A stretch of 64,000 bases of DNA from Diplonema japonicum (lineage: Eukaryota > Protista > Euglenozoa: Diplonemea): contig OZ025651.1 of the NCBI GenBank assembly GCA_964019335.1, positions 186,001-250,000 on the forward strand. The letters are read 5' to 3'. Position 1 is the stretch's first letter; every line of letters starts with the position of its first letter. The translations under genes were made by a program, and so were the position numbers. Of the stretch, positions 16,936-28,929 are shown one piece after another. The notes under the pieces are model-generated. The model ran no database searches. It saw only the letters and a list, made by a program, of their open reading frames with translations, and was not told the DNA's origin.

Positions 16936-19107
16936 CTACGTCACAATCCGTTGAAAGGGCGACGGTGAATCGAAGATAGGCTTCTCAGAAGGATTCCCAA
17001 GAGGGTTGCGGTCCCAAATAGGATGCTGGGTGCTGACAAGGACCAACGGAGGAGACGTAAGGGGCGCAGGGGGTGACTTATCAATGCTATGGATAATGGG
17101 CTCCTTGATGACTGTGTCAAAGGCAGCAGTGTGGGTGGTCAGGAGGCTTGGGGTGCCCATTGCGAGAACAGCGGGGGGTGCAGAAAGCAGTTCTTCCTTG
17201 AAGGGATCAGGCGTGCTCGGTGGCAAGGGGAGGGACTGTGCTGTCCCATCCGAGAAGGAGGCAACCTCCTTCTTCTTCATCCATGTGATGTACGCCAATA
17301 GCAAGCAAATGCACAGCAGTGCCACACCCAACCCCACCACCACCAGAACCCACACAGGGATCCCGTCATCACCCCCACTTCCTCCTTGAGGCGTGCTCAC
17401 AGGTGTCGGGGCTGCAGCATCTAAAAGCACTGTTCCAGGGTACGAGTACTTTGTCCCGTCACTGAACTGCACTTGGTACACCCCGTTCTTAATACCCGTC
17501 ACCATCCCTGACTCGCCAGTGTACTTCGCCATCCCAGGTACCCACGACAGCCCTGCCGCCTCCACTTCCGCCATCACCTTTGCCGCATCGTTCACCACAC
17601 GTACGGAGTCGCCCATTTCGTACAGAGGCACCGTCTCTGTGCTTGTCACGCCAGGCACCACTACCGTCTCAGTCACGTTCACACTCTCTGTGGCCGTCTC
17701 GGTCCGCACCGTTGCTGTGAAGGTGGCTGTCCGTGTTTCGCACACAGGCACCACGGCCCCCACCTGCGTCACACCAGACGCGTCGCACCTGCACACAAAG
17801 TCGTTCAACGACAGTACAGATGTGTTCCCATCTGTGCAGCTCTGTCCTGTGCCGCACCTGTCGAATCTGCACTCATCGTACTCTGTGGTGTGTGGTCTGG
17901 TGTTGTGATGGCGTAGTACATACCACATATTGCAGGGCTGCCGCCTACCTGGGAAGGCCCTCCATTGGGGCAGCTGCACACGTAGTCCTGCACACTGCCG
18001 AGGGTCGTGTTCGGGTCGTTGCACGTCTGCCCCGCGAAGCAAGGGCTCGGGTTGCACTCGTCCAAAACGGCGGTGGCTGTGTTGATGTTGCTGTGCCATC
18101 AGGTTACGCATACCGCACGAAGGCACAGGGCCGCCCACCCTTAACAGCAACGGCTGGTTGTTGCAGGTGCATGTGTAGTCGCCTATGGAAGCGACTGTCG
18201 AGTTAGGGTCGGCACACGTCTGCCCTGCGTGGCAGGGGTTCTTGATGCACTCGTCATCGTCGCACTTGGGCACAGGGGCACCGATGGCAAAGACAGAGGA
18301 GGTAAGACAGGTGCAGACAAAGTCGTAAAGCGAGTCGATGCGCGGTGTGGGGTCGGAACACGACTGGTCGACGCCGCAGAGTGCACCGGTGCATTCATCG
18401 TAGACAGGAACAGTGGGTGTGATCTCACGTGTGAGTGTTGGGGTGATGGGGAGTGTGAGAGACTTCGTGGTGGTTGGTGTAGGCGGGACCTGCACAGTGT
18501 CGGAAATTGTGGATGTGGGAGTAGGCAGGGTTGCGGTGAAGGTGGCTGTCGATGTGCAAGAGCACTGCCCCTTGTAGCCCGATGGGACGCCACAATCCGT
18601 GGACTGGCCGGCTGCACACCCGCAGTCATTGACATCGCAGAACTTCGCCTTGCAGTCCCACGCACCTTCATCGGCAGGAACCTCCCCCACGTTGCCCCAG
18701 GCCTGCACGGTGCTGGTTCCGATTCCGTTCTCGTGTGTGAAGTCGTTAGGGGGTGAGGTGAGGGCGGCTTCCGTGTAGAGGACACACCTAGTGAGGTTCA
18801 CCCCTGACTGCACACGGACACCAAGGCATGAAGGGATCGAGGTGCAGATCGTCTCGCACTGCCCCTCACCTCCTGTGGTTTTGTACCCCTCAGACATACT
18901 GACGTACATGGGTGGCACATTTCCTAGTGTGTCCCTGCACTCCCCATTCCCTACCACAGGATACCACTGGTAGCACCCTCCCTCCCACAGGCACTTGCTG
19001 TCAGCGACGCATGCTGCCTCCACAATGGCGTCACACCTCAGACCCACAACGCTCTGTGCAAACAGGCACAACAGCAACCATGCCCCCAGTAGTTGCTTCA
19101 TCTGCAT
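16936..19107 (-). CDS. Type-I surface protein with four EGF-like DEC..C..GQ.C.D repeats, Thr-rich spacers, a Mind-bomb-type SH3-like repeat and TM; introns at 18077-18113 and 17883-17923
   Basis: Signal peptide; TM VWVLVVVGLGVALLCICLLLAYI. Removing two GTATG...ACAG introns (37 and 41 nt) restores the third repeat DECNPSPCFAGQTCNDP, which lies in another frame. Confidence 0.85.
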   Translation of the reverse strand: MQMKQLLGAWLLLCLFAQSVVGLRCDAIVEAACVADSKCLWEGGCYQWYPVVGNGECRDTLGNVPPMYVSMSEGYKTTGGEGQCETICTSIPSCLGVRVQSGVNLTRCVLYTEAALTSPPNDFTHENGIGTSTVQAWGNVGEVPADEGAWDCKAKFCDVNDCGCAAGQSTDCGVPSGYKGQCSCTSTATFTATLPTPTSTISDTVQVPPTPTTTKSLTLPITPTLTREITPTVPVYDECTGALCGVDQSCSDPTPRIDSLYDFVCTCLTSSVFAIGAPVPKCDDDECIKNPCHAGQTCADPNSTVASIGDYTCTCNNQPLLLRVGGPVPSCGMRNLMAQQHQHSHRRFGRVQPEPLLRGADVQRPEHDPRQCAGLRVQLPQWRAFPGRRQPCNMWYVLRHHNTRPHTTEYDECRFDRCGTGQSCTDGNTSVLSLNDFVCRCDASGVTQVGAVVPVCETRTATFTATVRTETATESVNVTETVVVPGVTSTETVPLYEMGDSVRVVNDAAKVMAEVEAAGLSWVPGMAKYTGESGMVTGIKNGVYQVQFSDGTKYSYPGTVLLDAAAPTPVSTPQGGSGGDDGIPVWVLVVVGLGVALLCICLLLAYITWMKKKEVASFSDGTAQSLPLPPSTPDPFKEELLSAPPAVLAMGTPSLLTTHTAAFDTVIKEPIIHSIDKSPPAPLTSPPLVLVSTQHPIWDRNPLGNPSEKPIFDSPSPFQRIVT

Positions 19108-19459
19108 CGTCACCTTCCTTTTTCTTTATTATCGTGCTTTGTAATATTCTTTTGTCTATTTCTTTCGTCTTGACATAATTGCCCTTACCTTTCCTTTTAT
19201 TTTCCTCCTCCTCTCCTTTGTGAGTGTAGGTTTTAATCATAACGTACGGATCAACACGGGGGGGGGAGAAAAAAAGCGGGAAAAAAAGGGGGGGGGGGCT
19301 AACAAAAGAAAACCCAGGAAAAAAAAAGTGAATGGGGTGTTCAGAAATTAGACACTTGTTTTTCTTTGTTGCTTTTTTTCAAGTCTGGTGGACCGAAAAA
19401 GAGAAAGAAGGGGAGGGGGCCCAAGGGGGAAACACTCTACACTTCGTACTGCCCTAAGC

Positions 19460-19666
19460 TTAAGCTTCGATTGTTTCGGCTTTCTGTGAAGTCAGAGACA
19501 CGGACGCGCTGGCCAAGAAAAGAGCACCTACTACACCCATCCTCAAGGTTTGGGACTGCACAAGCCTAGCAAAGGTGCCCTCACCTCGGTCCCTCGTTCT
19601 AGCCTCTGACGGGAGGGGCTCATTCAGCATCTGCAGACTAAGTCTCGTCGCACTTCTACGCAACAT
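19460..19666 (-). CDS. 68-aa putative mitochondrial single-TM microprotein
   Basis: Starts MLRRSATRL (typical euglenozoan presequence) and has a hydrophobic segment MGVVGALFLASASVSL. Forms an island of complex sequence between homopolymer tracts, on the same strand as the other genes. Confidence 0.6.
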   Translation of the reverse strand: MLRRSATRLSLQMLNEPLPSEARTRDRGEGTFARLVQSQTLRMGVVGALFLASASVSLTSQKAETIEA

Positions 19667-19787
19667 TTTATTTTATTTTTTTCTCGCTCTTTTTTTTTTT
19701 TTTTTTTTTAAGCAGGTGGTTTACGTTTTTCCAGGGGAAAAAAAATAAAAAATTAGGTGAAAAGGGGAAAATAAAACTGGACATTTT

Positions 19788-19820
<33 letters not shown>

Positions 19821-20031
19821 GCGTCTCGTGTGCTGCCGTGGTAGTGCTGACGAGACACTCTGCCAGGAATTCTTTTTTTTTTAAATCTCTCAAGTTGTTT
19901 GGTCGCAGTGTGGTTTGCAAGCACATAGCCTGCGACAAGAATATGCCGGTAAAAAAAAAAAAAAAAAAACGTTGGTGTAAAGGGAGGAGAATAAAAAAAG
20001 GAGGGCAAGAAAACTTGGTAATTAACTTTTC

Positions 20032-20068
<37 letters not shown>

Positions 20069-21130
20069 CCCCCGAGAAAAACTACAAACACGGTAAAAGC
20101 AAATGAAAAGCTTTCCACCGTTGGGGCTAACCTTAATTTCATTTTCCATCATCTATCCACGGAATCTCATCCACCAACCATTGTATTTACCATTCCGTTC
20201 CATGTTAAACTCTATACTAGTCCCTTATGAAACTGAATATTCAAATTTCCACCATCAAACGGAAATTCCCATTTTCATTCTGTTTCTTTTTTTTCTTTTG
20301 ACCAATTATTTGAACTACAAATCAGGGTACAACAAATATTATTAAGGGATATGAAATTTTTCAAGTTACTGTAAAAACAACATATTTTGTAGGTTTTCTC
20401 TCTTTTTTTTTTGTTTTTCTTTTTGTTACATCTTTCCGCATTTTCGCTCCCTCCTGCTTTCAAAAAAAAAAAAAAAAACGTTTTTTTCTTTTTCTTTTTT
20501 TGTTGGGTTTATTTCTTTTTCTTTTACTTTTTTCCAGTGTACGGACAGACAAGCCACTACATAAACAACAAGTGACGAAAGGAAGGGGAAGAAATGAAAG
20601 GGGGGGTTTTTTTTTCTTTCTTTTTATTTTTCTTTCTCCCTCGCCCCTTCAGTTTCATGTCTTTCTTGTTTTGTATTACTTTTTCTTTTCTTCCACCCAT
20701 ATTCTATGGATTCTTTCACACTCTGTGAATCGCGTTAGCCCCCCTCTGTTGCAATCAAAAAATTTTAAAAAAAAGCTTGGAAAGAATATTTTGAGAAGAG
20801 AAGGGGGGGGGGGAATTATTTGTCACAATTCACTTTTTTAACATTTCCTTTTTTTCGAGAGGAGTTTTTTTTTTCTTCTTTTTTTTTTTTCGAAGCCCCT
20901 CTCCCCATCCTGTTCTATTTCTTTTTCAACCGAGATCAATTTGGAACAAACCACGGTCTTTTTTTCCCCCCGGTTCGAAATGGGGGGGAGGGGGGGGTGA
21001 GAGTATAGTAAAATAAAACCACTCTTTTTTATTCACATTTCCAAATAATTTTCTCACTTGTCACTAAAGATGAGTATCACTTTTGTGACATGGAAAAAAA
21101 AAAAATGAGGAGCCTGAATAAAATAGGGAG

Positions 21131-21188
<58 letters not shown>

Positions 21189-21253
21189 GCCCCCACCTCC
21201 CATTCTGTTCTATGACTTTGGACTCGTTTCTTGAGTTTCGGAAACAAAATATC

Positions 21254-21287
<34 letters not shown>

Positions 21288-21824
21288 CTTCTTTCTTTCT
21301 CTTTCCCTCTAGTAAATCCATCTTCCCAAAACCTGCAAGACCTGTTTGTGCGGAGGGGGCGTGCTTAAAAAAAAGGGGAACATTTCTGGCATTCTTCCGT
21401 TCGCGCAGAAATGTATGTGTGAAGCACGGTGTGAAAGGAGCTCTTTTGGGCAATCGCCCTGAAAGCATCCTATCTACCAATATTTGTCAACGTGGAGCAC
21501 TCTTCAGGAGCTTTGCTATGGTTTCATATTCGGAACGTAGATAGATAAACTTAAACAAGGCAAAAGGGAAAAAAAAAGAAAAAAAAAAGAAAGAAAAAAA
21601 AAAGAGGAGGGAAGAGAGGGAGCGGGGTAAATAAAAGAAAAAGGAAGAACTTTTTTTTTAAAAGAAGAAGAAGAGAAGGAAAAAAAAAGATTTTTTTAAT
21701 TTGTGCGCGTGTTTTTTTTCTTTTTTTTTTTTCTTTTTTTTTTTCCCCTCTCTTCCCGAAAAGCAGTGTTTCCGGGCACTTCTTTTGCAAAAAAAAATAT
21801 ATATCAAAAAAAAAAAAATAGATC

Positions 21825-22860
21825 TATGAGCTCGTCCGGAAAAAAATGTCAACAAATGACCCTCCTATGCGGCGGAAAACCCCCGTTAAATTTCTAAGTA
21901 AAAAAGTAGTCCGACACCACTTTGTGTGCAGAAATGCAGTCTAAGCTTGAACACCATATAGGTCAAAATGCTCGCCGTTTGTTTTATTTTTAAAACGCAC
22001 GTGCAAAAACATGCTTTTTAGAATGGTTTTTGGCAAACGATTCAATTTGGAAGTTGCAAATAACCCAGACTCCATTTTCTATTTTCGTTTTTCCGTGAAA
22101 AGCGACAGGGGAAATGGACGCAGATTGAAAATCTGTGAAACCTTTGGGGTCAGTTTGGGTGGGCTGGACTCTAAATCACTATTAATACGGGGTGGGGAGA
22201 ACTTACTCTTAAAGTGCCATTTTGGCCTATTTAAGGCTAAAATCCCTTTAAAACCCCTTAAAAAAGCAAAATTTCCACTTTTAAAGTATTATGAGTGCAA
22301 AAGAAAAGGAAAAACCTCAGCAGATGGGTTGAGAATGAAAGTTTGACCCCAAAGATACCAATGTCAAAGCTCTGCATGAGCAGGCAAGTGTTAAGAATTG
22401 GTTTTTCTGAAAAAGGCCAAAATCTCTTGAGAACCCCTTGAAAAAGCCAAAAAAATAGGGTGTAAAAAACCGGATTTTCGGGTGCTATGAGGCGCCATAT
22501 ATTTTTCGCTAAGTACTTTTAACAGTAACCCGACCCTGGGTTGTACCCAGGGGTCACAAGTGCGCTTGAACACCAATTTTATGCACCCTAGATGCTGCAT
22601 TTTAAGCAATAAAATTGCATTTTAAACATTTTTCGCCGTTTTTTTGACCTCTATTTTTCGCTTCCCGGGGGCAGCCGGTTGCAAAGCCTGCCACCCTCAT
22701 GGCAAAACAAGCATCGCAATTGAAAGAACGGCGTCGTGTACACCATGTATGTCATCTTCCTATGGTTACATGCTGCCCTTTTTTTGCTCAAATAATCAAA
22801 ACAAGAAAATTTCGGGGGTGCCCAAAAAAGTGTTGACATTTTCGTCCGGACGAGCTCATA
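21825..22860. mobile_element. Non-autonomous DNA transposon / MITE-like element with 30-bp terminal inverted repeats
   Basis: tatgagctcgtccggaaaaaaatgtcaaca (21825-21854) is the reverse complement of 22831-22860 at 28/30 positions. The terminal TA may be a TSD. The interior is AT-rich with no transposase ORF. Confidence 0.8.
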
Positions 22861-22898
22861 TATCACCTTTTTTTTGGTTCTGGAAAAGGGAAGTCTTT

Positions 22899-24778
22899 TC
22901 AGTCCCTGGTGGAGTACGGGTACCCAGGGGGAGGGGTGGGAGGGGGCGAGGGAAGCTTGTCGCCTGGCTTCAAAGAAGGGTCTAAAGTCACGTTGACACG
23001 CGCCCAGTGGTTGGCACAGATCCCGAGTACATTCCATGCCTGCTCCATGTGCTCAGGCTGCTTGTTGAAGTCACCGTCGATCGCACGCATCACAATCTCA
23101 ATGTCGGTTTTCTGTCCCTTGTGCAGCTTCTGAAGTACGTCGTCAGGAAGAGGGATGGTTTCACTGAACTGTTCCCATGCCCAGTTCCTGCCCTGTCCTG
23201 CCTGTGGCTCTACCCCCTTCTTCACCTCGGTCGGCCTAGGGATCTTCTCTGCAGCTGTGAACGTCTTCCCCCCATCAAGACTCACCTCAGCACGGCAGAT
23301 ACCCCTGCCACCACCGCTGTACGCAATCCCCTTCACTGTGATATCCTTCACGTTCTTACCCCACACAGTACCGTACTGTATTTGTCATTGGTTTTTTTTG
23401 TTTTCATTCCCCATACCATGGGAGGGTCACATATGACGGACGTCACAGGAAGCGTTTGAATAACAGGGCCCTGGTCCAGCCTGAGGTGCTCCTCGCCCCA
23501 CCTGATGTGGTCCATGAAGTCCACATCAGGAGCGAAATGTCTGTCAAGCTTGCTCCCACTGTCCAGTTCCGAGGCCTGCTTCGAGAGGACAATGTTCCTG
23601 ACCCATTTCACGTTCCTGCAACCGGCATGTCCCGGGGCCAACAGTCTGATGGGGTACCCGTGGTCTCTAGGAAGCGTGTCGCCGTTCATCTTGTAGGCGA
23701 GGAGAGCATCACCGAAGGGGTCCACCACCTTCTCGACAGGCAGCACCCCTGCGTACGGGGTGCCCGTCTCGTCGGCGTCTTCTGCGATGAAGTTGCAGAT
23801 CTTAACGTCTGGGTAGTTCTTCGTTCCTAGAGCCATGCCGTCTACGTCCATGCCGCAGTGCCTGAGCACGTCCCGCACTTTGACGCCCTCCCACCTGGCG
23901 TTCCCGATGGCACCGTTCCTCCAATGCGGCGCCACGTACAAGGGCCTGTCCTTCGTCACGAAGTCCTCCTGACGGTTGCCAGCACATTGCAGTGCGGCAA
24001 CCACCTCGTGCTTGGGGAATAGTGTCTCAAGCTGCTCGAGTGTGAAGGTATGCGTCTTGGTAATGCCAGCGGCAGGGTTCTCCTCCACCTCAAGGGTGTA
24101 CTCATTGCGCTCGATCTAAAAATTATAATGGTCACAGGGGGAAGGGTAGGGGCATACCTCGGGCGCGTTGTTGTGGTTCCTCGTGAAGAACAAGTCGTTC
24201 GGCGTGAAGAAGGTATCGGTCAGCACGTTGAGGTCCTTCGGCTCGCTGTTCCATGGGATGGTGGAGGGGTTGCGCAGCTTGCCCTCCTTGGCCCTGGGGC
24301 GGTCGGGGTCGTCTTTATACATAGAAAACAGAGGCTGTGTGAGCTCTTCCATTCGCTTGGCGTCGGCAGGACTAAGATTACCTATTCTGTACTCCTCAAG
24401 GAGGTCGAGGATGTGCTGCCTCTCGAGGTGGAGAGTGTAAAGAGACCAAAAGGCATGGAGGTCCTGGCTTTGCACCATTTCGATCCTTGCAGGCCCCCCT
24501 GGATGCGCGTCCAAGAAGTCAGTGACGTCATATACACCACCTTTGAAGGTCACCCATATCCGCCCGTTGTGGTCGTTGAGTACATCTGCGACAGTAAGCG
24601 TGGGGAGGTCTCTGTTGCTCCTCCTCCTCTTCCCTGGCTCGGCAGGTACCACACCTAACGACTGGCACTGCGTTCGCCCCTCCTTCGCCCACGTGCAGCA
24701 CCCACCAAAGCCTACCCCTGCGGCTGCTGTACCCAACACACCCCTCATTAACGCTCGCCGTGCAGCATTTCCCCACAT
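22899..24778 (-). CDS. SUOX: Sulfite oxidase (targeting peptide, cytochrome b5, molybdopterin and dimerisation domains); introns at 24116-24157 and 23376-23416
   Basis: b5 motif VYDVTDFLDAHPGG; FFTRNH; LQCAGNR (Mo-ligand Cys); LPRDHGYPIRLLAPG; NVKWV; GIAYSGGGRGICRAEVSLDGG; WNVLG. Two GTATG introns (42 and 41 nt) join the three ORFs. Confidence 0.93.
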
Positions 24779-24863
24779 CTTGTGTGACTTATCTTATTCT
24801 TTGAACCGGCTGAAGTGGGGAGTTTTAGTGTTTAGAACGGAATATATATGAGTAAAAAAAGGA

Positions 24864-24960
24864 ATATACATGAGGCAAAAGAAAATTTTGTGAGACCCTC
24901 TTGTTGTTCTCATCTCCGCATCTATCCTTCAATATGAATGACCTAAGGAAGGAGAATAAT
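24864..24960 (-). mobile_element. Short diverged 3'-end fragment of LINE family 1
   Basis: + strand atacatgag...tttgtgagacc..cttgtt resembles the LINE 3' end at 10177-10250 and the copies at 27024 and 30139; translates ..LKDRC. Confidence 0.6.
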
Positions 24961-25272
24961 ATCGATGTTTTTTTTCTTTTTTTTTTTTTTTTTTTTGCGT
25001 GAACAAAGAAAAACAATATATTAATAATGAATTGTTATTGCTAAAAAGAGTAGTGGTAGCATTGTCGGGCTTATCCTTCTACAGGTTAATCCCGGCTGTG
25101 CACAAACAACAATCAACCGACTCTTTTTTTTTTTTTTTTTTTTGCCCGGGCAGGAAAAAAAAAAAAGAAGTATCGTAAAAACGGAGAAGTATTGTAAAAG
25201 GGAGGAAAAAACAATAAAGCAGATTGTTAGCCGTAATAAAAAAAAAAAAAAAAAAAGAAAAAGAAAAAAAAA

Positions 25273-25360
25273 GAGACATTTAAGGGTACCCGCGGTATGT
25301 GGCAGGGCGTCCTGCACAAGTATCGTCTACTTGATTACAGGGGGCGCGCCTCGGCCTAGT
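25273..25360 (-). mobile_element. Short 3'-end fragment of LINE family 2
   Basis: gagacatttaagggtacccgcggtatgtggcagggcg is nearly identical to 52088-52125 and abuts a long A-run on the + strand. Confidence 0.7.
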
Positions 25361-25400
25361 TGTAGCTTCTTCTGCGTTTAATAAAAGAAAGCAGAAGAGG

Positions 25401-25511
25401 AAAAAAAAAACTATTCTTTTAAGGTATGCGTTTTTGCGCTCACCGGCCGAGCTGCGCTTAAAAAAAAAAAAACTATTCTTTTAAGGTATGCGTTTTTGCG
25501 CTCACCGGCCG
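25401..25511. repeat. Two-copy local tandem repeat (about 61-bp period)
   Basis: aaaaaaaaaactattcttttaaggtatgcgtttttgcgctcaccggccg occurs twice. Confidence 0.85.
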
Positions 25512-25923
25512 CGCTGTACTTAAAAAAAAAACGAAAACAGCTGGTAGGAAGTAGAAGGGGGAACCCAAAAAGGTACTGCAGTAACACTCCAAAGAAAAGG
25601 GGGAATGCGGAAGAAAGGGGAATCTTCGCTCGTCTAGCACAATTGCCATCCCACACAGCCGTACCTAGGGAACCCACCACCACACCCACTAGAGAAGTAC
25701 TACAAGAAGGGGAAAAGATGTATAATAAAAATAAAAGGGAGGAATGGGAGGTGGGGGAAACAAAATACCTTTTTACTACTTTCTTTTTTTTAAAAAGAGC
25801 AATGGGCCGCTCTCACTAAAAAAAAAAGAAGAATAAAAAAGGCTTCGAATCATGATCTATTGTTTCGGTGGAACACCCATATTCTGTTCTTCTTTCCCTT
25901 TCATGGCTGTGTTATTGAATCTT

Positions 25924-26918
25924 CTAAAACAACAGCACGATAACAAAAAGTGATAAAAGCGAACAAATAGAGACAGGGTGTGTCGAGGGGGCAGAGTTCA
26001 CCTTCTCTCTGAACGCGCTCCACGAGAGGTAGCCGTCAACACTCTTATTGGCGTACAGTTCAACGTACTGACAGTGCAAGTCAATTGTGAGGGGTGGAAC
26101 AAACTCAGTGAGCATAGCCAGGGTCTTACCGTTCGCACATGTCCCGTAGTGCTGCACGAGCCCGAGGGTCGCCATCCCATTATCTTCAGCAGTGCACTTT
26201 GCATCGCTGAAACCAAACCCGATTAATGCGGCATCCCATTTGCCATTCACGTTGTTGCAAGCTGTGAGGGACTCAACGTACTTCGGGGCAGGGGAAGGAG
26301 GGGCTGCACATGTCGAGGGGTCGATTGATGGGCAGCACCCTGTGCACTCCGGTTGTGCCCCACACCCTTTGACGTTCGTCGTGAACGTGCGGATGACCGG
26401 TATGCTACCTGAGCACTTGTTCCCCGTCCAGCCACAGGTAGTGACACCGCCACCGCTTACCTGCATCCTTGTGATGTAGTTTGTTACCACGCAGAGTTCG
26501 CTGCTGGTCAGCGACGGCTCGAACTTCACGGACCCGAGGGGTGTTGATGAGCACACGCCTGCAGTCAGTGTCGTGATTTCTGTTGCGCCGCCTTCACATG
26601 TCTTTGAGTTTTTCCAGTACGAAAACATCAGAGCCTCCCCTCCTTTGTTGGGACACGCTACGGGATCAATCCTCAGCATCACCGAGTACGTTACACTGTC
26701 GTCGGTCATGCACGTGTCAATTGTGAACCCGCTCAGTGCACCTGGCGTCGCGAATGGTTTTATCGCCACCTTGTCCTTTGACGCGTAGCTCCATAGCTTC
26801 GAAGCAGGGAGAACAGCACCCGTGCACCCTGCATTTGTGTAGAACAGTGGACTCGTCAAGGGTCTTCCGCGGCAGTGGTCAGGGACACACCCATGGCAAG
26901 GAGCAGGAACGACTTCAT
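25924..26918 (-). pseudogene. Cys-rich GPI-type surface protein, variant A; 1-nt deletion gives a stop right after the signal peptide
   Basis: ATG at 26918 gives MKSFLLLAMGVSLTTAAEDP then TGA (GAC CCT TGA versus GAC CCT TTG ACG in variant B). The remaining 311 codons are intact in the -1 frame. Confidence 0.8.
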
Positions 26919-27023
26919 TTTTATTTTTATTTTTTCTTTTTTTGAGAAGATCAATCTGTTTTCAAATAGGGGATGATCGGGTGGTGGAGTGCTTAAGTAG
27001 CAGGTAAAAAAGAAGAAAAAAAC

Positions 27024-27118
27024 ATATATGAGGTAAGGACACTTTGTGAGACGCTCTTGTTGTTCACTTCCACTACCTGTCCCCCTTCAACATGAATGAC
27101 CTGAGGAAGGAGAATAAT
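27024..27118 (-). mobile_element. Short 3'-end fragment of LINE family 1 (duplicated at 30139-30233)
   Basis: atatatgaggtaaggacactttgtgagacgctcttgtt...ctacctgtcccccttca aligns with 10177-10247. It encodes ..LKGDR*, like the ORF2 end LLKGDRCR*. Confidence 0.75.
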
Positions 27119-27608
27119 AAATATTCTTCTTGGGTGGGAAACAAAAAAGACATGTCGTAAAAAGGGAGGAAAAACAATAAAAGAAAGCAGAAGAGAAGAA
27201 AAAAAAGAGAAAAGAAAACAGCTGGTAGCTGCAAAACAAGGAAATAGAGGGAAGAACCCAAAAAGGTACTGCAGTAACACTCCAAAGAAAAGGGGGAATG
27301 CGGAAGAAGGGGGAATCTTCGCTAGTATGGCACAATTGCCATCCCACACAGCCGTACCTAGGGAACCCACCACCACACCCACTAGAGAAGTAGGGGAAAA
27401 GATGTATAATAAAAATAAAAGGGGAAATGGGAGGTGGGGGAAATAAAATACCTTTTTACTACTTTCTTTTTTTTAAAAGGAGCAATGGGCCGCTCTCACT
27501 AAAAAAAAAAGAAGAATAAAAAAGGCTTCGAATCATGATCTATTGTTTCAGGGTGGAACACCCATATTCTGTTCTTCTTTCCCTTTCATGGCTGTGTTAT
27601 TGAATCTT

Positions 27609-28613
27609 CTAAAACAACAGCACGATAACAAAAAGTGATAAAAGCGAACAAATAGAGACAGGGTGTGTCGAGGGGGCAGAGTTCACCTTCTCTCTGAACG
27701 CGCTCCACGAGAGGTAGCCGTCAACACTCTTATTGGCGTACAGTTCAACGTACTGACAGTGCATGTCAATTGTGAGGGGTGCCACAAAGTCGGAGAGCGT
27801 AGACAGGGTCCTACCGTTCTCAGACGCCTGCGCACATGTCCCGTAGTGCTGCACGAGCCCGAGGGTCGCCATCCCATTATCTTCAGCAGTGCACTTTGCA
27901 TCGCTGAAACCAAACCCGACTAATGCGGCATCCCATTTGCCATTCACGTTGTTGCAAGCTGTGAGGGACTCAACGTACTTCGGGGCAGGGGGGGAAGGAA
28001 GGGCTGCGCACGTCAAGGGGTTGATTGCTGGGCAGCACCCTGTGCACTCCGGTTGTGCCCCACACCCTTTGACACTCAATGAAGTGACCGTGCTGACGAT
28101 CGGTGAGCTACCTGAGCACTTGTTCCCCGCCCAGACACGGGTACGGACACCGCCTTTCTGCATCGTTGCGATGAAGTTTGTTACCACGCAGAGTTCGCTG
28201 CTGGTCAACGACGGCTCGAACTTCACGGACCCGAGGGGTGTTGATGAGCACACGCCTGCAGTCAGTGTCGTGGATTGTGCTGTGCCTTCACATGTCTTTG
28301 AGTTTTTCCAGTACGCAAGCAACAGAGACTCCTCTCCTTTGTTGGGACACGCTGCGTCATCAATCCTCAGCATCACCGAGTACGTTACACTGTCGTCGGT
28401 CATGCACGTGTCAATTGTGAACCCGCTCAGTGCACCTGGCGTCGCGAATGGTTTTATCGCCACCTTGTCCTTTGACGCGTAGCTCCATAGCTTCGAAGCA
28501 GGGAGAACAGCACCCGTGCACCCTGCATTTGTGTAGAACAGCGGACTCGTCAAAGGGTCTTCCGCAGCAGTGGTCAGGGACACACCCATGGCAAGGAGCA
28601 GGAACGACTTCAT
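27609..28613 (-). CDS. Cys-rich secreted/GPI-anchored surface protein, variant B (334 aa)
   Basis: Signal MKSFLLLAMGVSLTTAA, many Cys, and a hydrophobic C-terminus ICSLLSLFVIVLLF with no cytoplasmic tail; intronless. Confidence 0.85.
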   Translation of the reverse strand: MKSFLLLAMGVSLTTAAEDPLTSPLFYTNAGCTGAVLPASKLWSYASKDKVAIKPFATPGALSGFTIDTCMTDDSVTYSVMLRIDDAACPNKGEESLLLAYWKNSKTCEGTAQSTTLTAGVCSSTPLGSVKFEPSLTSSELCVVTNFIATMQKGGVRTRVWAGNKCSGSSPIVSTVTSLSVKGCGAQPECTGCCPAINPLTCAALPSPPAPKYVESLTACNNVNGKWDAALVGFGFSDAKCTAEDNGMATLGLVQHYGTCAQASENGRTLSTLSDFVAPLTIDMHCQYVELYANKSVDGYLSWSAFREKVNSAPSTHPVSICSLLSLFVIVLLF

Positions 28614-28757
28614 TTTCTTTTTTATTTTTATTTTTGGAGGATCAAAGAAATCTGTTTTCAAATAGGGGATGATCGGAGGGGGGTGGTGGTGGTGTTTGCT
28701 TCTTTTTCTCTTCCATCGTTGGTTTCAATCGAAAAAGAAAAAAGAAATCTTGCTAGC

Positions 28758-28929
28758 CTTACTGACCTGTCGCATGGCACAGAGGGTCGATGCCACGGAA
28801 GGGAGAAAAAACTGCTGTTGTCTTACTTTCGCCATCCTTGGAATGATACAGAAATTTGAATCAAATCTTGCTAGCCTTACTGACCTGTCACATGGCACAA
28901 AGGGTCGATGCCACGGAAGGGAGAAAAAA
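28758..28929. repeat. Dispersed 54-bp structured repeat, copies 1-2 (others at 31873, 31991, 32130 and 35526)
   Basis: cttactgacctgtcNNatggcacNNagggtcgatgccacggaagggagaaa is found six times. Confidence 0.9.

Noticed and set aside
19700-21800. PolyK/polyF ORFs here and at 40500-42500, 53900-54700 and 56200-57130
   Set aside because: They are translations of A/T homopolymer-rich intergenic DNA.
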